35,610 nucleotides of DNA. Origin: Bacteroidota bacterium. GTDB taxonomy: Bacteria > Bacteroidota > Ignavibacteria > T3Sed10-11. Positions 28,927 to 35,610 of this stretch are shown here, piece by piece (within the stretch, counting starts at the first letter, position 1; every line of letters starts with the position of its first letter). The translations under genes and the position numbers were made by a program. The stretch lies in assembly GCA_007131635.1 (NCBI GenBank), contig SLQE01000294.1:1-35610 (forward strand), read 5' to 3'. The notes under the pieces were generated by a model. It ran no database searches. It was not told the origin of the DNA and was given only the letters and a program-made list of their open reading frames with translations.

Positions 28927-29835
28927 TTATTCAAATATTAAACGATAATATGCATAATAACCCATAACATTATCGACGTAATTCACTGTTTCGGGCCATC
29001 CGTGAAAATACCCTCCCTCCGGGCGTCCGTTTTCCCAGACATATCCGTGAAGAGTATAATGTCGTCTTGATAACATGGGAAGTAAATCTCTTATTACCTG
29101 CCATCGGTAGGGATTCAATCCGAGATATATTGCAAGTTGCTGGGCATCACGGACGCGTGTCGGTCCGGCGTTATATGCTGCAAGGGAAAGTCGGATTATA
29201 TCGTCATCATCCGGGTGCAGGTCTGCCGCAGCGATATCAGTCGGTACATCAAAAAGAGATCGTACACGCCAGAGATAATAAACACCGCCGGCAATATTGT
29301 CCTTGGGTTGGCGAACACCATCGATACCAAGAGCCATTGAAACATCCCGGCCGGTCAGAGGCATTATCTGCATTAAACCATATGCACCGCGATGACTCAC
29401 AGCCTGTATTTGGAAACGGGATTCCTGATTCATAACCGCGAGTATCAATCGCCAATCAAAACTATACCGGTTTGCGTATTCTTTAATTGTTTCTTCGTAT
29501 GTATTTAAAATATTTTGAATTCTCGGAAAACCTAGATCGTTCCTCACATCATATGCAAATTGCGAAATATCTATCACTGTCTCTTGATCTTCGATTTCAA
29601 AATCTATAAAGTAAGCTTCGGAAATAATCTCCGATCTCCGGGGAAAAACAGAGTAGGTTTTATCGATTTCTGCAGCAGGGTTTTCGTACGCAACCTTTTG
29701 AACCGTCGCCCGTTGATCATGCATCGGTAGAAACATTCTTGATCCCTGCTCCGATTGATGAATGTTTGCCATAGCGCCGATGCATACAACTAATATAATT
29801 GCTGTTGAGAGTATGTATCTGATAATTGTAATCAT
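28927..29835 (-). CDS. Lytic transglycosylase, SLT domain (MltF-like catalytic domain)
   Basis: DWRLILAVMNQESRF, GAYGLMQIMP, LAAYNAG..RVRDAQ, ETVNYV; N-terminal signal or anchor. Confidence 0.88.
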   Translation of the reverse strand: MITIIRYILSTAIILVVCIGAMANIHQSEQGSRMFLPMHDQRATVQKVAYENPAAEIDKTYSVFPRRSEIISEAYFIDFEIEDQETVIDISQFAYDVRNDLGFPRIQNILNTYEETIKEYANRYSFDWRLILAVMNQESRFQIQAVSHRGAYGLMQIMPLTGRDVSMALGIDGVRQPKDNIAGGVYYLWRVRSLFDVPTDIAAADLHPDDDDIIRLSLAAYNAGPTRVRDAQQLAIYLGLNPYRWQVIRDLLPMLSRRHYTLHGYVWENGRPEGGYFHGWPETVNYVDNVMGYYAYYRLIFE

Positions 29836-30187
29836 CCTTGTTTGTGTATGTATTGTTTTACAAATGCAATAATAAATATCAAAAATAATTTTATCTGTAT
29901 TTACTTACTGAGCAACATATTAGAACCAACAAATTTTCATAGAAGTTCAATTAAATGTTGTCTCCCGAAAAAACAACAAAAAAAGTGCCAGTTTACCGCG
30001 GAAAAAATCGACGCGATTTGGCCATATTAGTGCATTGATATCAAAAATATACGGTGACAAACAGGAAATTATGTTAGTCGGTTATTATTACCTAAACCGG
30101 GCTGACATTTTTACACATAGTAATTCGACCGGCCCCGCAGATATTCAATCTTTATTAAGAAGTGTAATGCAATGTATTATTGTGATG

Positions 30188-31525
30188 TTATTTTATCGCG
30201 ATTGTCAATTCCTGAACATAATTATCTAACTCTTTTTTTAATCTTCTTTCCGTTACCGCAATCATCAGATCGTTTGGATCCCCTCCCCACTTGCTGAGCG
30301 GAACTCCTGCCAGAATTTTCTTTTGTGTTAATTTTTCTACAATACTTTCCGCAGATTTAGGTAACGATACAACAAATTCATTAAAAAACGGACGTCCGAA
30401 TTTTAAAGTGCATCCCTGAATCTCTTTGATTTTGCCTGCCAGATAGTGACTCTTTTGCATACAGATATTTGCGACCTCCTGTATGCCCTGTTTACCGAGT
30501 AATGCCAAATACACCGTTGCGGCAAGCATCATTAAGCCCTGATTTGTACAAATATTCGATGTGGCTTTTTCACGGCGAATCTGTTGTTCCCGTGTTTGTA
30601 ACGTAAGAACAAAGCCCCTTTCGCCGTCTGCATCGACCGTGACACCCGCGAGTCTTCCGGGAATTTTCCGCATTAAAAATTCTTTTACCGCGAAGGTTCC
30701 CAGATATGGTCCTCCGAAGTTCAAACCGATTCCGAGGGGTTGGCCTTCGCCGACCATAATATCAGCACCATATTCACCCGGAGGTGTCAGGAGACCCAAA
30801 GAAATCGGATTGACGACTGAAATATAAAGAGCATTCTTTGATTTCGCTACATCGCCGATCTCATAGACGTCTTCAAGGCATCCGTAAAAATTAGGATGTT
30901 GGACTATAACTGCGGCGGTATTATCATCGACGGCACTTTTTACCGCTGACAGATCTGCCGCACCATCGTGTAGATCCGTCTGCCGGAGATTAATATTCTG
31001 ACTCCGGCAGTAGGTCTCGATAATATTAAGGTAATCGGGATGAAGGGCACCGGCAATGACAACTTCGGTACGTTTTGTGTGAGCAACTGCAAGTAATACC
31101 GCTTCTGCGAGTGCACTGCCACCGTCATACATCGATGCATTTGAAACATCCATACCGGTTAACTGACAGATCATTGTCTGATATTCATATATCGCCTGTA
31201 GCGTACCCTGGCTAACCTCGGCCTGATACGGTGTATATGCCGTGTAAAACTCCGAGCGGCCCGTTATCGCACTGATTGCAGATGGAACCGAGTGATCATA
31301 GCTTCCCGCACCGAGATAATTCGAGATACCCGCATGCAGATTTTCTTCGGCGATTCTGTAAACCTCACGCAGCGTTTCACATTCGGATAGCTTCGGGGGT
31401 ATGTTCAGATTTTTTTTCAGTCGTATATCCGCTGGAATGTTCGCGATCAGATCTTCAAATGTTTTCACACCGATCGCATCGAGCATTTCCTGCCGCTCGT
31501 CGTCGGTTGCCGGATAATATGTCAT
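30188..31525 (-). CDS. gcvPA: Glycine dehydrogenase (decarboxylating) subunit 1
   Basis: EFYTAYTPYQAEVSQG, NASMYDG, LQTREQQIRREKATSNICTNQ. Confidence 0.96.
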   Translation of the reverse strand: MTYYPATDDERQEMLDAIGVKTFEDLIANIPADIRLKKNLNIPPKLSECETLREVYRIAEENLHAGISNYLGAGSYDHSVPSAISAITGRSEFYTAYTPYQAEVSQGTLQAIYEYQTMICQLTGMDVSNASMYDGGSALAEAVLLAVAHTKRTEVVIAGALHPDYLNIIETYCRSQNINLRQTDLHDGAADLSAVKSAVDDNTAAVIVQHPNFYGCLEDVYEIGDVAKSKNALYISVVNPISLGLLTPPGEYGADIMVGEGQPLGIGLNFGGPYLGTFAVKEFLMRKIPGRLAGVTVDADGERGFVLTLQTREQQIRREKATSNICTNQGLMMLAATVYLALLGKQGIQEVANICMQKSHYLAGKIKEIQGCTLKFGRPFFNEFVVSLPKSAESIVEKLTQKKILAGVPLSKWGGDPNDLMIAVTERRLKKELDNYVQELTIAIK

Positions 31526-31561
31526 AATAAAACTCCTCTTTCCTAATCCCTGGTATAATTT

Positions 31562-31945
31562 CTACGCTTCAGCAACGTGTTCCTTGTATGCACTGCTATC
31601 CATGAGAGTATCTATTTCGGATGGATCACCGATTTTTATCTTTAGCATCCATCCTTTCTCATATGGGTCCTGGTTGACCAATTCGGGGTTATCTTTCAGT
31701 TCGGTATTAACCTCCAGCAGCTCACCACTAACAGGTGCATACAAATCTGCAACGGTTTTCACGGCCTCGATGGTTCCGATTGAATCGTTTTGTGAGAATG
31801 ATGTACCTACTTCGGGGAATTCAATATACACGATATCACCCAATTCTGATTGTGCATAATCCGTAACTCCCACTACGGCTGTATCATTTTCGATCCGCAG
31901 CCATTCATGTTCTTTTGTATATTTTAAATTATCCGGGAAATTCAT
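31562..31945 (-). CDS. gcvH: Glycine cleavage system H protein
   Basis: YTKEHEW, DYAQSELGDIVY, lipoyl IEAVKTV, PYEKGW. Confidence 0.97.
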   Translation of the reverse strand: MNFPDNLKYTKEHEWLRIENDTAVVGVTDYAQSELGDIVYIEFPEVGTSFSQNDSIGTIEAVKTVADLYAPVSGELLEVNTELKDNPELVNQDPYEKGWMLKIKIGDPSEIDTLMDSSAYKEHVAEA

Positions 31946-31985
31946 TATTTTTATCTCCTTTTTATCTTTGTATATAGATTGTGGG

Positions 31986-33326
31986 TTAATCCTTAAAAGT
32001 GAATGTTTCTAAGAAACGAGTATCGACATCACCCTCTCTGAACCGTTCGTTGTTCATGACCTTTGCATGGAACGGTATCGTTGTCTGGATCCCTTCTACT
32101 ATAAACTCATCCAGTGCTATAGACATTCTTTTTATGGCAGCTTCGCGCGTCGGGGCATGAACAATCAGTTTTGCAATTAACGAATCATAAAACGGCGGTA
32201 TGGTATAGCCCGCATAAGCGTGTGTGTCGACACGCACACCGAGTCCGCCGGGTACATGCAAACTTGTAATTCTTCCCGGAGAAGGTCGGAAGTCTTTATT
32301 GGGATCTTCGGCATTGATCCGGCATTCGATTGCGTGGCCGATCGGTTTAATTTTTCGTCGCGTTAATCTTTTACCGTTCATAATTTCAATCTGCTCACGG
32401 ATCAGATCAAAGCCGGTCACTTCTTCAGTGACCGGGTGCTCGACCTGAATCCGGGTGTTCATTTCCATGAAATAGAAATTCCGATCTCTGTCCACAAGGA
32501 ATTCTATTGTCCCAGCACCGCGATATGATACGCTCTTGGCACCGCGAATTGCGGCATCACCCATTTTCTCTCTCAGTTCATCATCAACAATCGGTGAGGG
32601 CGATTCTTCAATTAATTTCTGGTGGCGTCTTTGAATAGAACAATCGCGTTCTCCGAGATGAATGACGTTTCCGTACATATCGCCGAGGACTTGAATTTCG
32701 ACATGTCTTGGTTCCTCAATGTACTTTTCGACATACACGCCCGAATTTCCAAATGCCGACTCCGCCTCAGCGCGTGCAGTTTGAAATAATTTCTCAAATT
32801 CCTCCTGTTTCCTCACTATCCGCATACCACGGCCGCCACCTCCGGCAGATGCTTTAATTATAACGGGATATCCTATCGATTCCGCAAGATCGCGTGCGTT
32901 TATTACGTTATCGATCTCACCGCCGCTTCCCGGGACAACAGGGACCTCGGATTTCCGCATCGTATCTTTGGCGAGCGCTTTATCACCCATCGCGCTTATC
33001 ATTAGAGCCGTCGGGCCTATGAAGGTAATACCCGATGTCTCACAAATTTCAGCAAAGCTTGCATTTTCCGCGAGGAATCCATAACCGGGGTGAATCGCAT
33101 CGGCATTCGTTACTTCAGCTGCTGCAATGATCCGGGGGATATTAAGGTAACTTTCTTTTGGTGAAGGTGGACCGATACAAACAGCTTCATCGGCAAATCG
33201 AACATGCAATGATTCACGATCGGCTTCGGAATAGACTGCGACTGTTTTTATATCCATTTCCCGGCATGCACGTATCACTCGAAGGGCAATCTCTCCGCGA
33301 TTGGCAATTAAAATCTTATTCAGCAA
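31986..33326 (-). CDS. accC: Biotin carboxylase
   Basis: [42 protein letters not shown]; TTG start. Confidence 0.97.
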   Translation of the reverse strand: MLNKILIANRGEIALRVIRACREMDIKTVAVYSEADRESLHVRFADEAVCIGPPSPKESYLNIPRIIAAAEVTNADAIHPGYGFLAENASFAEICETSGITFIGPTALMISAMGDKALAKDTMRKSEVPVVPGSGGEIDNVINARDLAESIGYPVIIKASAGGGGRGMRIVRKQEEFEKLFQTARAEAESAFGNSGVYVEKYIEEPRHVEIQVLGDMYGNVIHLGERDCSIQRRHQKLIEESPSPIVDDELREKMGDAAIRGAKSVSYRGAGTIEFLVDRDRNFYFMEMNTRIQVEHPVTEEVTGFDLIREQIEIMNGKRLTRRKIKPIGHAIECRINAEDPNKDFRPSPGRITSLHVPGGLGVRVDTHAYAGYTIPPFYDSLIAKLIVHAPTREAAIKRMSIALDEFIVEGIQTTIPFHAKVMNNERFREGDVDTRFLETFTFKD

Positions 33327-33335
33327 TGATTGTTC

Positions 33336-33836
33336 CTACTTAATCGGCTCTATGAAGAATAATGTTTGATTGTACTCGATGGGCTGTCCGTTCTCAACCA
33401 TAATCTTGACTATCCGGCCTTTCACATCACACTCTATCTCATTCATTAATTTCATGGCTTCAACGATACAAAGTACGGTACCCGGTTCTACCTCCTGTCC
33501 TACCTCCACGTAAGGATCAGCATCCGGTGCGGGTGCACGATAGAAAGTCCCGACAATCGGAGATTTTACCTCCAGATACTGTACAGTCGGTTCAGCCTTT
33601 TTCTCCTCTGTTTTCGTCGTTTCGACACCAATGGTCTCGGGTTGTGGAGGAGATACCTGTTGCGGTAGCGGAGCCGGCATCTGGTAGAACGGCATAACGT
33701 GCCCCATGGGTTCACCGGCTTTGCTATTGACAGACTTCGCCAAACGAAGCTTTATTCCCTCTTCCTCAATCTCCATCTCGGTCATATTACTTTGATCCAT
33801 TATCTTGATCAGTTTTCGAAGATATGCTAAATCCAT
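33336..33836 (-). CDS. accB: Biotin carboxyl carrier protein
   Basis: [11 protein letters not shown] and EAMKLMNEI biotinylation motif. Confidence 0.97.
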   Translation of the reverse strand: MDLAYLRKLIKIMDQSNMTEMEIEEEGIKLRLAKSVNSKAGEPMGHVMPFYQMPAPLPQQVSPPQPETIGVETTKTEEKKAEPTVQYLEVKSPIVGTFYRAPAPDADPYVEVGQEVEPGTVLCIVEAMKLMNEIECDVKGRIVKIMVENGQPIEYNQTLFFIEPIK

Positions 33837-33857
33837 TGCCCGCCTGTATTAATAAGT

Positions 33858-34421
33858 TTACTGTTTTGCTCGTTCGATATATGCACCGGTTCTGGTATCG
33901 ACCCTGACAATATCGTTTTCATTGATAAATAAGGGGACCTGCAAAACGGCTCCTGTCTCAAGTGTTGCAGGTTTTGAACCGCCCGTAGCGGTATCTCCTT
34001 TAATCCCGGGCACTGTTTCAACAACTCTGAGGGTAACGTTCATCGGCATCTGGCATCCCACTATTTGATTTTGAAAAGTCTCAACGTCAACAGTGTCACC
34101 CTCTTTAAGATATTTCTCTTGTCCGGACATCATGACCTGGTCAAGGTGGAACTGGTCGTGAGTTTCATTATCCATAAAGTAAAATGAATCATTATCCCGG
34201 TACAGAAATTGCGCAGGACGTCGCTCCACACGTGCAACCTCTATCTTATCATTGGAGCTGAATTTGTGTTCTAACAATCGACCGGTTTTCATATTACGCA
34301 TTTTTGCCTGCACAAATCCTCTTTTATTTCCCGGGGTCCGGTGTTGATAATCCTCTACGGTATATAGATCACCGTCAAATACTATTATCATTCCAATACG
34401 AAAATCAAGAGCTGTCGCCAT
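33858..34421 (-). CDS. efp: Elongation factor P
   Basis: 187 aa; PGIKGDTA, KPATLETG, VPLFI, VDTRTGAYIER; tip loop HRTPGNKRG. Confidence 0.96.
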   Translation of the reverse strand: MATALDFRIGMIIVFDGDLYTVEDYQHRTPGNKRGFVQAKMRNMKTGRLLEHKFSSNDKIEVARVERRPAQFLYRDNDSFYFMDNETHDQFHLDQVMMSGQEKYLKEGDTVDVETFQNQIVGCQMPMNVTLRVVETVPGIKGDTATGGSKPATLETGAVLQVPLFINENDIVRVDTRTGAYIERAKQ

Positions 34422-34477
34422 ACTACCTTTAAGTTTGTAAGATATATTAATTTATTTTATATTACTCATGAATCATT

Positions 34478-34506
34478 AATATACTGCCATATACTTTTAA
34501 AGTCAA
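34478..34506 (-). promoter_or_regulatory. sigma70 promoter of efp-accBC-gcvH-gcvPA
   Basis: TTGACT-N17-TATATT on minus strand, 56 nt upstream of efp. Confidence 0.68.
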
Positions 34507-34520
34507 CTTTACAAAACCCT

Positions 34521-34892
34521 ATGAGTTCTTCAGTTTCTCCTTCTAGAAGGCCGTTATGGACAATATTTTCAGTAATGCTTCTCTCCGGTATCATCGGGTG
34601 TAGCGGTTCGACCGGCAATAAAATAAGTCACGAAACGATGGTAAAAATATATGCCGATGTTCTGATCATCAGCAGTGAATATGAAGAAGGAAAAGAACCA
34701 GACCGGTATTTCGAACAGCTCGATTCAGTACTCACCATGTACGGTACAAACCGCGAAACGTTCGAATCCACGCTTAGATATTATCAGGATGATCCCTTTC
34801 GCTGGAAAGAGCTCATCGATCTGGTAATCCGTGATCTTGAAGACCGTCGCGATCAGGCAACAGATTCTTCCGATAAGCGATCCTCGTCCTGA
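34521..34892 (+). CDS. DUF4296-like lipoprotein
   Basis: Lipobox IIGC, ISHETMVKIYADVLI, FESTLRYY. Confidence 0.6.
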   Translation: MSSSVSPSRRPLWTIFSVMLLSGIIGCSGSTGNKISHETMVKIYADVLIISSEYEEGKEPDRYFEQLDSVLTMYGTNRETFESTLRYYQDDPFRWKELIDLVIRDLEDRRDQATDSSDKRSSS

Positions 34893-35302
34893 TTACCCAT
34901 CCCCGCTGAAGGAAAGTAGTAAGGCCTGATTTCCTTGCCGAGATATCCCAATACCGCAGCTATTACGCCGAAATCATCCAGATAGCCGATCAGTGGCATC
35001 ATATCGGGAATGGCATCAAACGGCATGATAAAATATGCAAGTGCCGCAACGACAACCGATTTCCGGTACCACGGTATTTTCGCATCCTTCATATACCTGA
35101 ACAATGCCAGCACATGCTTCGTTAGTCTTATACCGATTCGCACCGACCGTAATTTCTCAGCGATGTTCTCCCGGACGTATTTTTCTTTATTTGCATATTC
35201 CTTTTCTGCCCCGGGAATATCTAATTCATCAAGAATACCCGGACGATCACCGTTGTATGGTTTCTGCATAATTGGCTTCCTCCATATTTTATCCGCATTC
35301 AT
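34853..35302 (-). CDS. YkvA/DUF1232 family membrane protein
   Basis: ALAYFIMPFDAIPDMMPLIGYLDD signature. Confidence 0.88.
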   Translation of the reverse strand: MNADKIWRKPIMQKPYNGDRPGILDELDIPGAEKEYANKEKYVRENIAEKLRSVRIGIRLTKHVLALFRYMKDAKIPWYRKSVVVAALAYFIMPFDAIPDMMPLIGYLDDFGVIAAVLGYLGKEIRPYYFPSAGMGNQDEDRLSEESVA

Positions 35303-35317
35303 GGTACATGTGTATAA

Positions 35318-35610
35318 TTAAGGAATAATGTTATTCTCCGGCGTGGATGCTTTCACGACTTCGCCGATCACATAAGCTTGTTCTCCCCGTTTCAATAATA
35401 CATCAATTGCCGAATCTACATTCTCTTTACTCACGACAGAAACAAGCCCGATACCCAGATTGAATACACGTTGCATTTCGGAAGTCTCGACGTTCCCGGT
35501 CGATTGGATCAGCCTGAATACAGCGGGTATCTCCCACGCATCCCAATCAATGACAACTGATACATTTTTCGGTAATATCCGTTTCGTATTACCAACGATA
35601 CCACCACCGG
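35318..35610 (-). CDS. purM: Phosphoribosylformylglycinamidine cyclo-ligase, C-terminal part (5' end beyond window)
   Basis: Translated by hand: GGGIVGNTKRILP...WEIPAVFRLIQSTGNV...EMQRVFNLGIG...AYVIGEV, stop TAA at 35320-35318. Confidence 0.92.
   Translation of the reverse strand, partial: GGGIVGNTKRILPKNVSVVIDWDAWEIPAVFRLIQSTGNVETSEMQRVFNLGIGLVSVVSKENVDSAIDVLLKRGEQAYVIGEVVKASTPENNIIP

Noticed and set aside
30019-30034. Plus-strand GG-N10-GC sigma54-like motif
   Set aside because: No credible plus-strand gene downstream and poor match outside the dinucleotides.
34853-34892. 40 nt convergent overlap of DUF4296-like and YkvA-like genes
   Set aside because: Short tail-to-tail overlaps are common; nothing suggests a function.

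Overview
Gene-dense bacterial core-genome window, probably from an FCB-group organism outside Bacteroidota proper (Ignavibacteriota/Chlorobiota-like). This is inferred from gene order, a PGN-type EF-P, E. coli-like TTGAC-N17-TAWATT promoters and Shine-Dalgarno use. Left to right: a truncated GT4 glycosyltransferase and FemAB/GNAT gene; MFS transporter and polA; beta-propeller phytase, LiaF-like protein and a double-PspC protein behind an ECF-sigma promoter; the rplM-rpsI-rpsB-tsf-pyrH-frr cluster with an S2/t44-like leader; a 12 kb 2-oxoacid dehydrogenase cluster (lpdA, lipB, fused E1 alpha/beta, second E1 alpha and beta, E2, lipA, pdhA, pdhB, pdhC); smpB-tyrS-pyruvoyl arginine decarboxylase; an outer-membrane barrel candidate and an SLT transglycosylase; efp-accB-accC-gcvH-gcvPA; a DUF4296-like lipoprotein, a YkvA-like protein and the 3' end of purM. 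I saw no tRNA, rRNA, CRISPR array, transposase or integrase. The best leads are a ~250 bp heptamer-based direct/inverted repeat element inside the dehydrogenase cluster, three E1 enzymes served by only two E2 cores, and a promoter-leader-terminator arrangement with upstream direct repeats at the head of that cluster. All calls come from reading motifs by eye; no searches were run.
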